From assembly GCA_034439715.1 (NCBI GenBank), contig JAWXAY010000010.1, forward strand, positions 1-64,000: a stretch of 64,000 nt of DNA, written 5' to 3'. The number at the start of each line of letters is the position of its first letter. Positions within the stretch are counted from its first letter, which is position 1. Position numbers and translations under genes: made by a program. The DNA comes from Pseudomonadota bacterium (GTDB lineage Bacteria; Bdellovibrionota; Bdellovibrionia; Bdellovibrionales; SG-bin7). Shown here piece after piece: positions 27,149 through 37,242 of this stretch. The notes under the pieces are model-generated. The model had not been told where the DNA came from, made no database searches, and worked only from the letters and a program-made list of their open reading frames with translations.

Positions 27149-27170
27149 TAGGCATTCAGAGGGAGCGGTA

Positions 27171-29396
27171 ATGAAAAAACGTACTAGGTGGTCACTCAAG
27201 GCGAAAGTGATGTTGCTATCACTCGGCATGATGGCTGCAATGGGCTTCATCACATTTGTGATAGTTTTGGTACTAAAAGGCAAACAGCAAGATTTGGCTC
27301 AAGCCAATATGGGCTCGCTCGCTCAGGGCTTAGGAGCAGCAGTTGCGATGCAGTTTAAACAGCGCTATGGAGACATCCAAACATTTGCTTCAAACAATAC
27401 GCTGCTCTTAACGGATCAAGCGGCAATTCAGGCAGTGCTCGACAAGTACGTTGAACTCTACAAAATATATAATGTGATTGCGATGTATGACATCGAAGGC
27501 AATTTTGTGGCGGCAAACACTAAAACTGCAGACGGCAAGCCTTTGTTGTACCCCGCAGAATTAAAGAAGATTTTAGGGTCAGAAAGATGGTTTACCGAAA
27601 CTAAAGCCCAGAGATATTCCGACGATAAAGAGAATAACTTAGCAGGAACTTTCGTTGAAGATTTTCAAATAGATCCCCTGTCAACCGCAGTTTATGGTGA
27701 GCCTCGCTACGGCAATAGTTTTAGTAAGGCTATTGTTAATAGTGATGGCCGTGTGATGGGTGTATTAACAGCACGTGCCGACTTTAAGTATATTGAGGCC
27801 GAGTTTCAAAACTACTATAAAACAATTAGCAATAGTGGCATTGAAGCCGTCGAGCTAACAATGATTAACAGTAAGGGCCAGGTCTTGATTGACTATGATC
27901 CCTTCTATAACAATCAAAATATTGAAGTACTCCACAAGCCCGACGTGATCCTGAGTCTTAATCTTGCCGACAAAGGTGTTGAGGCCGCACAAAGCTTGGT
28001 CGCCGGAAAGTCAGGCGCAGGGGCAGCAATGCATGCTCGCAAAAAAGTTCAACAATTTGTTGGATATGCCTCGCTAAAGGATTTTAACGGATTTCTCTCT
28101 AATTTTAATTGGGGCATTTTACTTCGTGCCGAAGAAGAAAGCGTACTCGGCGGAATTTACGCCTCTGTGAGACCCTTATATTGGTTTGCCGTACTGTCAT
28201 TCTTTGTAGCTGCGATCATTGGCTTTTGGTGGGCAAATCAGATGAGTGCTCAATTGGTAGCGGTCTCGGGCAAATTAAGAGCGGGAGCTGATGACACTTT
28301 TAAAACTTCAGAAGAAATGCAAATTTGTTCTCGCGAGTTAGCTGTATGTAGTAACGAACAGGCCGCTGCCGTTCAAGAGACAATTGCTGCGATGGAAGAA
28401 ATGAACAGCATGATTAACCAATCAGGTGAATACATTTCTGAGTCGTTACAATCGGCGAAACGGGTATCTGAAAAAACAGAAGAAGGCGCGCAAAATATGC
28501 GTCAGATGGTGGATGCCATGGAAGCCATTCAAGAGGCTAACAGTCAGCTTCAAAATATGGCTAACATTATTAACGAGATTTCTGCAAAAACAAATGTCAT
28601 TAACAGTATCGTGTTTAAAACGCAGTTGCTTTCATTCAACGCATCAATTGAGGCGGCTCGTGCGGGACAACACGGTAGAGGTTTTGCGGTAGTTGCAGAG
28701 GAAGTCGGAAACCTCGCGCAAATGTCAGGAGCTGCGGCGAAAGAGATTAAAAGTTTATTAGATGACTCGCAAAAGCAGGTACTACAAATTGTTGAAATCA
28801 CAAGAGCTCGGTCTACCGACGGGCAGGGTGTTTCTAAGCGCGCTCAAAAAACATTTGACGAAATTGCACAAGAAATTAAAACGATTACCAGCCAAATTGA
28901 GAGTGTTAACGATGCCGCTCGTGAACAAGAAAACGGTGTACAACAGACTACTGTTTCTATGAGTAAACTGGATGATGCCACGACTCGTAGCGCCCGCATG
29001 GGTCTGGAGATCTCAGGTGCAGCCGATAATTTGGGGGATCAGAGCCGTCGCTTAAACCAAATCATGAGAGCCACAATGCTTCTTGTGCAAGGTTCGGTTG
29101 AAAAAGAAAACCGCAAAAAGGCAGACTATGTTGATCAAATTCTTGACGAAGGGAACCATATTGGGTCGGGTGTCCAAGATGCAGCAACAGATCGAGAGGT
29201 CGAAAAAATTCTCACTGAATCTGCTGCTGTTGGCAAAAAGGTCGCTACGACCGGTCTTAAAAAGTTTGTTGAGGGCTCCGGTAAACCCGAGAAAATCATT
29301 TCAATAGCTGGCCAGCAGGGTGATGGCGGCCAAGCGGGGTCACAAAAGTCGGATGATGTCGATGCAGATGATACTTCGTTTAAGAAGACCGTCTAG
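27171..29396 (+). CDS. Methyl-accepting chemotaxis protein with periplasmic sensor domain
   Basis: N-terminal TM, about 280 aa periplasmic domain, second TM; MCP signalling domain (FAVVAEEVGNLAQMS). Confidence 0.85.
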   Translation: MKKRTRWSLKAKVMLLSLGMMAAMGFITFVIVLVLKGKQQDLAQANMGSLAQGLGAAVAMQFKQRYGDIQTFASNNTLLLTDQAAIQAVLDKYVELYKIYNVIAMYDIEGNFVAANTKTADGKPLLYPAELKKILGSERWFTETKAQRYSDDKENNLAGTFVEDFQIDPLSTAVYGEPRYGNSFSKAIVNSDGRVMGVLTARADFKYIEAEFQNYYKTISNSGIEAVELTMINSKGQVLIDYDPFYNNQNIEVLHKPDVILSLNLADKGVEAAQSLVAGKSGAGAAMHARKKVQQFVGYASLKDFNGFLSNFNWGILLRAEEESVLGGIYASVRPLYWFAVLSFFVAAIIGFWWANQMSAQLVAVSGKLRAGADDTFKTSEEMQICSRELAVCSNEQAAAVQETIAAMEEMNSMINQSGEYISESLQSAKRVSEKTEEGAQNMRQMVDAMEAIQEANSQLQNMANIINEISAKTNVINSIVFKTQLLSFNASIEAARAGQHGRGFAVVAEEVGNLAQMSGAAAKEIKSLLDDSQKQVLQIVEITRARSTDGQGVSKRAQKTFDEIAQEIKTITSQIESVNDAAREQENGVQQTTVSMSKLDDATTRSARMGLEISGAADNLGDQSRRLNQIMRATMLLVQGSVEKENRKKADYVDQILDEGNHIGSGVQDAATDREVEKILTESAAVGKKVATTGLKKFVEGSGKPEKIISIAGQQGDGGQAGSQKSDDVDADDTSFKKTV

Positions 29397-29405
29397 TCAG
29401 GTCTT

Positions 29406-30230
29406 ATGGGCGTTTTAGCATTAAAGCCAGAAGAAAAAGAGGAGATCTTTGAAATTATCGAAAAGATCACGGGCACTTATCAGCAGGGTAAGTACCGTCG
29501 TAAAATTTTGGCAACTAATGTAGCCCGGCGGATTACAGCTGCGGGCTTTGATAATTTAGAGGAATATCTCAAGTACACTTGGTCTAACAAAAGTGAGATG
29601 GCAGAGTTTGTATCGGCACTGACCATTCACACAACAAATTGGTTTCGTGAAAACAAACATTACATCCGACTTGAAGACCACTTGGTTAAAGGGGGATTCA
29701 AACTTAGTAACGAAAAATTCAAACTCTTAAGTGCGGCGTCCTCGAGCGGTGAGGAGGCCTACTCATTTGGATTAGTCTTAGAGCACTTTCGAAATATGGT
29801 GCCTGGATTTGATTATGAAATCGTCGGTCGTGATATTGACCCGATCAGTGTGGCCGCAGCTAACAGGGGTATTTACAAAATTAACGATGACATTGCCAAA
29901 ATCAAAAGTGAATTTCAGAGATTTCTTCTTAAAGGCTCTGGTAAAACCAGTGGGTTTTTTACACTCGATAAAGAAATTAGAGACAGAACTCGATTTGAGG
30001 TTAGAAGTTTAACCGAACTCCAGCCAGACAACGAAGAACAGTTTGACTGGGTTGTGTGTCGAAATGTCCTTATATATTTCAAACCTGATGACGTTGACGT
30101 TATCATCCGCCGCATTCTCGCGAAGGTAAAACCAAAAGGAATGCTAGTCCTAGGTTCTGCAGAGGCCATTGACCCGCAAAAATTTGGGTTATCAGCAGCG
30201 GGTACCTCTTGTTATTTCCGCAAACTTTAA
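29406..30230 (+). CDS. cheR: Chemotaxis protein methyltransferase CheR
   Basis: IHTTNWFRE, SAM-binding SSGEEAYS and VCRNVLIYF motifs. Confidence 0.8.
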   Translation: MGVLALKPEEKEEIFEIIEKITGTYQQGKYRRKILATNVARRITAAGFDNLEEYLKYTWSNKSEMAEFVSALTIHTTNWFRENKHYIRLEDHLVKGGFKLSNEKFKLLSAASSSGEEAYSFGLVLEHFRNMVPGFDYEIVGRDIDPISVAAANRGIYKINDDIAKIKSEFQRFLLKGSGKTSGFFTLDKEIRDRTRFEVRSLTELQPDNEEQFDWVVCRNVLIYFKPDDVDVIIRRILAKVKPKGMLVLGSAEAIDPQKFGLSAAGTSCYFRKL

Positions 30231-30454
30231 TAGCTACCCTCCACGACCAAGGTTTGCTCACAAAGAATTCCTGGCCGAACGTCTAGCAGTTGCTCAGATT
30301 CTAAGCCCCCCCTGAATTCTTTAAACAATTTGGTTGACATAGCCAGACGTAAATCTCCAAACTTATCAAGAAGGTTAAAATAGTTTTTAAAAGCTTTAGT
30401 GTTAAACAAGGTTTAAATACTAAGAAGAAAATTTAATAATAAGGAGAACAACAT

Positions 30455-31786
30455 ATGTTACGACAACTAAAAGGTTTAGGGCTAGTAGCCGCTGCCACAG
30501 CCGTTTTCGGTCTTGTGTCAATTGCTTCAGCCGAAGTGAATTTTGAGAGTAGTGGTGGAATGAAGTGGCGCGGTGAAGAATACAGCGATACTTTTACAAA
30601 TGCTGGTTTAGACTCGCGATCAACGGATTTTTCGAGCATGTCCATTAATTGGGATTTAAAATTTATGCCAGATCCAAAAGTAATGGTTTTTTTTCAACCT
30701 AAGTTTGTAAAAAATCTTGGGGATGATCCTGCTGGTTCTAAAGGTGCAGCAACAAATGGTGATGGTTACAACGATAGCGGATTAGACGTTCATCAGGGAT
30801 ATTTGACTTATAAAGCTCATGACCGTGCATCAGTTACGGTGGGTCGCTACGAAATGAACTATGGCGATGAATACTTGATCGGTTCAGATAGCTGGACATT
30901 TACTGGTCGCGCTTTTGATGGTTGGAAAGTAAACTACAAATGGTCAAAAGGCTGGCTAGATGCTTTCTATAACAAAATAAAAGATAAAGATGCTGGTCAT
31001 GCCGGTGCGGTTGGGGTTAATGGAGATGATTCTGATTTCTATGGACTTTATCATAGCATGGCTTTAGGAAGTACCGTATCTGCTTTTGACTTATATTATT
31101 TAGTTAAATCAGACCGGACGACTCAGACTACGCCTGGGCCAACTGCTCTGGTAAATACAACTGGCCTCCGCGTAAAAGGCGGCAAGGGCGCAGTTGACTT
31201 CACTGCTGAGTACAACACTCAAAGCGGTGAGACAAACGCTGGTGCCGTAACGACAGATCTCGAAGATGCTGGCAGCATGCGCGCAAATGTGGGATTCACT
31301 TTCAAACAAAACTGGCGCTTAGGATTAGAGTATGCAGCGTCTGATCGTAACTATGATCAGCTCTTCCCAAGTGGTTCCAATTGGCTCGGCGATATTAGTC
31401 TATTTAGCCGTCGAAATATTACAGATACTGCTGTTTCTATATCTGGTACCATGATGGAACACATGACAGTTAATGCTACTTACCATATGTTATCCAGAAC
31501 CGAAGATGGCGCTGACAAAAATGGTGCCTTCACTTCAGTCTATGACTTTGGTGGAGTTGCCTACGGCGCAGCGGCAGCAGGCAATGATTCCGCTGTTGGA
31601 AATGAACTAGATTTAAATGTTACTTGCTCAAAAATGAAGGCCTTAGCTTGGACACTTGGCTATTCACAATTTAGTGCAGGCGATTATTTGACTAGTACTA
31701 CTGCGGGGTTAAGTGCTGCAGATCAAGATGATAAAAAAATGAGTTCAATTTCCTGGGTATACCTACAAGCTGTTGCAAAGTTCTAA
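30455..31786 (+). CDS. Outer-membrane porin-like beta-barrel protein
   Basis: Signal peptide (ASA-EV), Gly/aromatic-rich, C-terminal AVAKF. Confidence 0.5.
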   Translation: MLRQLKGLGLVAAATAVFGLVSIASAEVNFESSGGMKWRGEEYSDTFTNAGLDSRSTDFSSMSINWDLKFMPDPKVMVFFQPKFVKNLGDDPAGSKGAATNGDGYNDSGLDVHQGYLTYKAHDRASVTVGRYEMNYGDEYLIGSDSWTFTGRAFDGWKVNYKWSKGWLDAFYNKIKDKDAGHAGAVGVNGDDSDFYGLYHSMALGSTVSAFDLYYLVKSDRTTQTTPGPTALVNTTGLRVKGGKGAVDFTAEYNTQSGETNAGAVTTDLEDAGSMRANVGFTFKQNWRLGLEYAASDRNYDQLFPSGSNWLGDISLFSRRNITDTAVSISGTMMEHMTVNATYHMLSRTEDGADKNGAFTSVYDFGGVAYGAAAAGNDSAVGNELDLNVTCSKMKALAWTLGYSQFSAGDYLTSTTAGLSAADQDDKKMSSISWVYLQAVAKF

Positions 31787-31820
31787 TCTGATTTAACTGA
31801 CGATTAGGTAACTTTAACAA

Positions 31821-31847
31821 AAGCCCGCTCTCAAGCGGGCTTTTTCT
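31821..31847 (+). terminator. Rho-independent terminator
   Basis: AAGCCCGCT-CTCAA-GCGGGCTT hairpin followed by TTTTT, 35 bp after the porin stop. Confidence 0.8.
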
Positions 31848-31883
31848 TTGCTCAAATTGGGCTCGAGTGTTATCCAAAACCAT

Positions 31884-32891
31884 ATGACCGAACAAGCCCT
31901 ACTTGCCCATCTAAAATCCAATCCCTATGTGTTGGCTCCCATGGCCGGGATCACAGATTGTGCCTTTCGTACTTTTATGAAAGAGATGGGGGCTGGTATT
32001 GTAATTACAGAACTAGTGTCTGCAATGGGACTTAAGTACTGCAGCACCAAAACCAAAATGTTGATGGCCTTTGATGAAGTTCAGCGTCCTTTCGGCATTC
32101 AACTTTTTGGCGAAACACCTGAAATTTTGGCTGAGGCCGCTAAAGAGTCCCAAGACTTTGGTGCTGATTTTATTGATCTCAATTTTGGCTGTCCGGTTGC
32201 TAAGGTCGTGCGAAAGGGGGCGGGTGCTGCTGTTTTGCGTGACTTGATAACCCTCAGAAATATATTGAGAACTGTAAAACAAGCCATCCAAATTCCACTC
32301 ACAATAAAAGTTCGTACAGGTTGGGATAATGAAACTCGAAATGCCGATGAAGTCGTGCGCCTGGCGCATGACGAGGGCATAACCTGGGTCACCATTCACG
32401 GACGAACCCGCGCACAAGGTTATAGTGGTTTATCTGATTGGGATTATATTTCTTGGGTAAAGGCGCAAAGTCGAATACCAGTGCTGGGCAATGGTGACGT
32501 GAGTTCGGCGGGGGTTGCAAGAATGCGGCTCGACCAAAGTAAGTGTGACGGCGTAATGATCGGTCGAGGTTGTTTAAAGAACCCTTATATTTTTCATGAA
32601 GCACTAAGTGGAACACAGGTAGTTGAAAAAAACTACGCAGCCCTCAGTGAACGCCTCCAAGAGCTTTACTATAGTAATTTTCCAGAGCGATACGCCTTAA
32701 TACAGTTGCGAAAGTTTGCTATGTGGCAATCGACGGGTCTCCCAGACTCATCCAAGTTTAGAGGTGATATATTTTCAGCCACCACCAAGGAGGCCCTAAA
32801 TTCAGTGATTGAATCTTATTTCTTGCGGGTGCAAAATTTAATTAAAGAAGATACAAGTCACCAGGCTTTTTTGATGGGTGGTCATGGATAG
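31884..32891 (+). CDS. dus: tRNA-dihydrouridine synthase
   Basis: LAPMAGITD and DLNFGCP FMN/TIM-barrel motifs; ATG at 31884 chosen over the upstream TTG that overlaps the terminator. Confidence 0.8.
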   Translation: MTEQALLAHLKSNPYVLAPMAGITDCAFRTFMKEMGAGIVITELVSAMGLKYCSTKTKMLMAFDEVQRPFGIQLFGETPEILAEAAKESQDFGADFIDLNFGCPVAKVVRKGAGAAVLRDLITLRNILRTVKQAIQIPLTIKVRTGWDNETRNADEVVRLAHDEGITWVTIHGRTRAQGYSGLSDWDYISWVKAQSRIPVLGNGDVSSAGVARMRLDQSKCDGVMIGRGCLKNPYIFHEALSGTQVVEKNYAALSERLQELYYSNFPERYALIQLRKFAMWQSTGLPDSSKFRGDIFSATTKEALNSVIESYFLRVQNLIKEDTSHQAFLMGGHG

Positions 32892-33831
32892 AAAGATCGA
32901 GAAAGTCTTAGTTGAGGCCCGCGGAGTCAATAAGCACTACCCCAATTTTTGTGATTTAAAAAATATCAGTTTTAGTTTTGACGTCGGAAAGAGTTACGGA
33001 GTTCTTGGTCCGCGCAATAGCGGCGTTACGGGCCTGCTGCGTTTGATTTATTGTACGGCATTCTCAGATAAAGGTGAGGTCATGGTTTTGGGTTACAATG
33101 CCAAAAATCAACCTCGGGAGATTAAATCAATTGTTGGCGTGGTGCCGGATGCTCTCAGTCTCGAGGAAGATCTCACCGTGATAGAACAATTAACAGTTTT
33201 TGGTAAATTTTATGATCTTGCTGGCCCAGTGGTTCAAAATCGTGCGCGAGAACTCCTCCAGCAAATGGAACTTGGCGGTCTTGAGGGTTACTCCACCCGA
33301 CACCTTAGTTTGTTCCAAAGAAAAAAACTATGTTTGGCGCGGGCACTTTTACATCAGCCTCAACTTTTAGTACTTGATGAACCAACAAAGGGCCTGACCA
33401 GCAATGACAAAAAGTGGTTTTTACAGATGTTACAATTTGTTCAAAAGGCCAATATTAATTTAGTTATTGGAACATCTAATTACGGGGATGCCTTGGAACT
33501 CTGTGACTATATTTTATTTTTGCATAATGGAAGGGTCATAGAGCAGGGCGAAGCCAAATCATTGCTAACAAATATCGTAGGCACTACCGTCATAGATTTT
33601 CAAAGTCCACCCGCTGAGGTCGAGTATCAGCTAGCAAAATTTAGTAATAGTTACGAAGTCTTTATTGTTGATAACCGAGTGCGAATCTTTTTCAAGGAAG
33701 GCCAAGATATAAAAGAGGCTCTGACAAAGATTTTAAGCGACAACATTATTACCCGTAAACCTAATCTCGACGATATTTTCGTAAAACTTATTGGTCATTC
33801 GCTGGAGCAAAAGCCATGGGCGACAACCTAA
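32878..33831 (+). CDS. ABC-transporter NBD-like protein with degenerate catalytic motifs
   Basis: Walker A reads GPRNSGVTG (no Lys), signature LSLFQRKK, H-loop His replaced (TSNYGD); Walker B LLVLDEPT retained. Confidence 0.65.
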   Translation: MVMDRKIEKVLVEARGVNKHYPNFCDLKNISFSFDVGKSYGVLGPRNSGVTGLLRLIYCTAFSDKGEVMVLGYNAKNQPREIKSIVGVVPDALSLEEDLTVIEQLTVFGKFYDLAGPVVQNRARELLQQMELGGLEGYSTRHLSLFQRKKLCLARALLHQPQLLVLDEPTKGLTSNDKKWFLQMLQFVQKANINLVIGTSNYGDALELCDYILFLHNGRVIEQGEAKSLLTNIVGTTVIDFQSPPAEVEYQLAKFSNSYEVFIVDNRVRIFFKEGQDIKEALTKILSDNIITRKPNLDDIFVKLIGHSLEQKPWATT

Positions 33832-34628
33832 GGGGGCTTGCTAGAGATTTATGGTTCCTTCCAAAATTGAGGGTTGGCGCCTTCAATGTGTGGAGCCACT
33901 ACTTTCTCGTTTTTCGACAAGCGCCGCTTATTAATTTTTTTTGGGTCAGCGTTGAACCACTTGTCTATTTGTTTGCTATTGGAAATGGCGTTGGCTCTTT
34001 AGTAGCTGAAGTAAATGGAGTTTCTTATTTTGAGTTTTTCTTTCCTGGACTACTTGCCATATCTGTCATGATCACTACCAGTTACGAAACTACTTATGGC
34101 ACTTACAACCGAGCTTACTTTAGCAAAACATTTGCGAACTTATTTTTAACGCCAATTAGTTCCATGGATTTACTCTTAGGCGAGATTCTATGGGCTGTAT
34201 TTAAGGGATTGCTCAGTGCTTTAACTGTAGTGCTTGTGCTTTATGTCGACAAATATTTATCGCTGGGACAGCTTTTTTCTTTACTAGGCGCCTCAGTGCT
34301 TCTCTGCTGGTTTTTTTCTTCTCTCGGGTTATTTATTACTTCAATCGTAGGATCATCAGAATCATTTATTTATTATCAATCTGGATTTTTAATTCCTATG
34401 GCAATGCTTTGTAATACCTATTTTCCAATGACCAATTATCCAGAGACCGTACAGGCATTGATAAAAATATTACCCTTGAGCCAGGGAGTATTTTTATTTC
34501 GAGCAATAATGGAAGGTAGATTTGAATTATCATTTTACCTTGCTGTACTCTACTTTTTGATTTTGAGTTTTCTTTTTACAAATTGGTCACTACAAAGAAT
34601 GTCGAAAAAAATAGAGACGCTAGTCTAA
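33816..34628 (+). CDS. ABC-2 family transporter permease
   Basis: 6-TM ABC-2 pattern; overlaps the NBD-like gene. Confidence 0.65.
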   Translation: MGDNLRGLARDLWFLPKLRVGAFNVWSHYFLVFRQAPLINFFWVSVEPLVYLFAIGNGVGSLVAEVNGVSYFEFFFPGLLAISVMITTSYETTYGTYNRAYFSKTFANLFLTPISSMDLLLGEILWAVFKGLLSALTVVLVLYVDKYLSLGQLFSLLGASVLLCWFFSSLGLFITSIVGSSESFIYYQSGFLIPMAMLCNTYFPMTNYPETVQALIKILPLSQGVFLFRAIMEGRFELSFYLAVLYFLILSFLFTNWSLQRMSKKIETLV

Positions 34629-35608
34629 ATGAGATGATTATCTTTGCACCAACGGATGCTGTTTTCGATTGCAACATCAGCTGAACGAGCCTTAAATCCA
34701 AGTTCCCTTTTCGCTTTTTCATTTGAAAACCAATGGTAAAGTTGCGAGATCCAAGCGGTCTCACTGCTAATGGGAGCCTTTTTACCAATTTTAGCCAGTT
34801 GATCGCCAACTAGTCCCAGTAATCTCAATGCGCCATTGGGCAAAAATATTTTTGGGGGATTTACCCCAGAGGCCTTTGCTATTTTCGCAAACAAGTCTTT
34901 AATCAATATATTTTCACCAGATAAAATGTAACGCTCTCCATTTCGACCCTTTTGCCAAGCCGACCACATGGCATCTACTACATCTTCAAGCGCCACGACA
35001 TTGGCTCCTCCAGATGTATAAAATGGGAATTTCCCTTTTGCTACTTTAAGTTGGGTGCCGCGACTTCCTTTTTTTGCATCGCCGGCGCCATAAATAGTTG
35101 AGGGATTTACAATTACTGCGGCGAGACGATTTAATCTTGCGGCCCTGCGGACATACATCTCTGCGGCGTGTTTAGTATCAAAATAACCAAGATGTAAATG
35201 TCGCAAATTAAATTTGGCAGACTCATCTAAAATTATCTGAGGCGAAAAGCTGGCGCCGATTGCAGAAACACTACTGACGTGTAAAAGACGAGGGACCCTA
35301 TGCGCTATGCAGGCATCTACTATATTTTTAGTACCATGATAATTTACCTGAACCATCGTCTTACGCTCATTGGGCGTGTAGGCAACTAGACCTGCAAGAT
35401 GAAAAACCCCTTCCATATTCTTAGTGACAGAAAAAACCGACTCGCGATCTGTGATGTCGCCCAACACTGGTGTGATACCCCATTTTTGTATTTCATCAAG
35501 GTTTGATAGACTTCGAACCAGAGCAAACGTTTGGTGGTTTTCCTCGCGAAGGCGCTTGGCCATCCAGTGACCCAAAAAGCCATTTGCTCCTGTGATAAGA
35601 ATTTTCAC
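34625..35608 (-). CDS. NAD-dependent epimerase/dehydratase (extended SDR)
   Basis: N-terminal ITGANGFLG Rossmann motif. Confidence 0.7.
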   Translation of the reverse strand: MKILITGANGFLGHWMAKRLREENHQTFALVRSLSNLDEIQKWGITPVLGDITDRESVFSVTKNMEGVFHLAGLVAYTPNERKTMVQVNYHGTKNIVDACIAHRVPRLLHVSSVSAIGASFSPQIILDESAKFNLRHLHLGYFDTKHAAEMYVRRAARLNRLAAVIVNPSTIYGAGDAKKGSRGTQLKVAKGKFPFYTSGGANVVALEDVVDAMWSAWQKGRNGERYILSGENILIKDLFAKIAKASGVNPPKIFLPNGALRLLGLVGDQLAKIGKKAPISSETAWISQLYHWFSNEKAKRELGFKARSADVAIENSIRWCKDNHLI

Positions 35609-35729
35609 CTAGTCTCCATAATGGGTAAGCATAGACACTTTGGCGCCTAGACACAAGGCCCGAAGAAAAAAATCTCGGATACTCAATTGGCCCAAGCCAT
35701 GACAAAATAAAAATATTAGAGGTGTCAGT

Positions 35730-36497
35730 TTGAAATGGGATAAGGCAAGTCTCTTTGGCTTAGTATTTGGAATCGGTGGAATTCTTCTTGGGCAAGTATT
35801 AGAGGGTGGGCATATCGGCTCTCTTGTTCAAACCACTGCATTTTTTATTGTTTTTGGTGGCACACTCGGAGCTGTTCTTATCAGCTCTACGCAAGAAGAT
35901 CTTAGAACAGCGGTCGCCCTATTTAAAACTGCTTTTCAAGAAAGTGAGGGTCAACGACCCGAAGAAATTATTGCGCAAATTACTCAGGCTGCCCAGATCG
36001 CAAGAAAAGACTCCATCCTCGCTTTAGAGAAAAACATTTCCTATTTTTCTAATAGCTATATGAAGAAAGTTTTTCGTTATGTTGTAGATGGAGTTGAGAG
36101 CCACACCATTCGAGAAGTGTTTGAGCACGAGATAGAACTCGAAGAAGAACACATGTTGGGCGGTGCAAAGGTTTGGATGGAGGCCGGTGGATTTGCGCCA
36201 ACGATAGGAATCATTGGAGCAATTTTGGGCCTTATACATGTTATGCAAAATCTCACAGATACGGGTAATCTCGGAAAGGGCATAGCGGTCGCATTCGTGG
36301 CCACTATTTATGGAGTGGGTTCGGCCAATCTAATTTTTATACCTATTGCGAATAAAATTAAGAGAAAAATAAAACAGCAGTCACTTCAGAAGGAGCTTGT
36401 TTTAGAAGGAGCGATATCGATTGTCAGTGGCATGAATCCTCACATAATTCACGAAAAACTTAACTCTTATTGGTTTGACAAGATGGAGAGAAAATAA
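35730..36497 (+). CDS. motA: Flagellar stator protein MotA/PomA
   Basis: MotA/TolQ/ExbB channel pattern, 255 aa, followed by motB. Confidence 0.75.
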   Translation: MKWDKASLFGLVFGIGGILLGQVLEGGHIGSLVQTTAFFIVFGGTLGAVLISSTQEDLRTAVALFKTAFQESEGQRPEEIIAQITQAAQIARKDSILALEKNISYFSNSYMKKVFRYVVDGVESHTIREVFEHEIELEEEHMLGGAKVWMEAGGFAPTIGIIGAILGLIHVMQNLTDTGNLGKGIAVAFVATIYGVGSANLIFIPIANKIKRKIKQQSLQKELVLEGAISIVSGMNPHIIHEKLNSYWFDKMERK

Positions 36498-36500
36498 AAA

Positions 36501-37229
36501 ATGGCTCGGCGCCGTCGCCCAGGTCACCGTCCTGAAGAACCCGAAAACCACGAGCGCTGGCTAATTTCATACGCCGACTTTATAACCCTTTTATTTGCAT
36601 TTTTTGTGGTCATGTATGCAACAGCCCAACGAAACCCAGAAAAAGAAAAACAATTCGAAAAATCTATTCGAAAATATCTTTATGAGGTAGCCAGTTTTGG
36701 CGGCGAGGGAGCAGGAGACAGCGGAACGGGAACATTGCAGGTTTCATTGGGCAAAAAGGGTCCCGCTGAGCTTAAAGACCTTATTGCTCGCGAGCTAAAA
36801 CCAATTTCTGAAGGAGCTGACGGCAATTCGATCGTAGAAGAGATTACCCACGACAGTTTAGGGGTGAGAATTCGCTTAGTGGCGTCGGGACTTTTTCGAG
36901 CAGGATCTGCAAAACTTAACGATTCAGCTTTTGAGCCATTAAAACAGATTGGCGAAATACTAGAGAAAATGGACGGCAAAATTATCATTGAGGGGCATAC
37001 GGATAACACGCCCATTAAGACCCGAGAATTTCCGAGTAATTGGGAGCTCTCCTCAGCTCGGGCTACTCGACTAGTGCGGCACTTGATTGAATGGCAGGGT
37101 TTGACTCCCAATAAAATTCTAGCGGTAGCCTATGCTGATCAAAAGCCACTTGTCCCGAATAACAATGAAAAAAATCGGGCCAAAAATCGGCGCATAGAAA
37201 TATTTATCACAAGTAAGGACGAGCTCTAG
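36501..37229 (+). CDS. motB: Flagellar stator protein MotB (OmpA-like C-domain)
   Basis: ISYADFITLLFAFF plug/TM; OmpA-like IEGHTDNTPI ... NRRIEI. Confidence 0.75.
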   Translation: MARRRRPGHRPEEPENHERWLISYADFITLLFAFFVVMYATAQRNPEKEKQFEKSIRKYLYEVASFGGEGAGDSGTGTLQVSLGKKGPAELKDLIARELKPISEGADGNSIVEEITHDSLGVRIRLVASGLFRAGSAKLNDSAFEPLKQIGEILEKMDGKIIIEGHTDNTPIKTREFPSNWELSSARATRLVRHLIEWQGLTPNKILAVAYADQKPLVPNNNEKNRAKNRRIEIFITSKDEL

Positions 37230-37242
37230 ATTTGGGTGCAAT

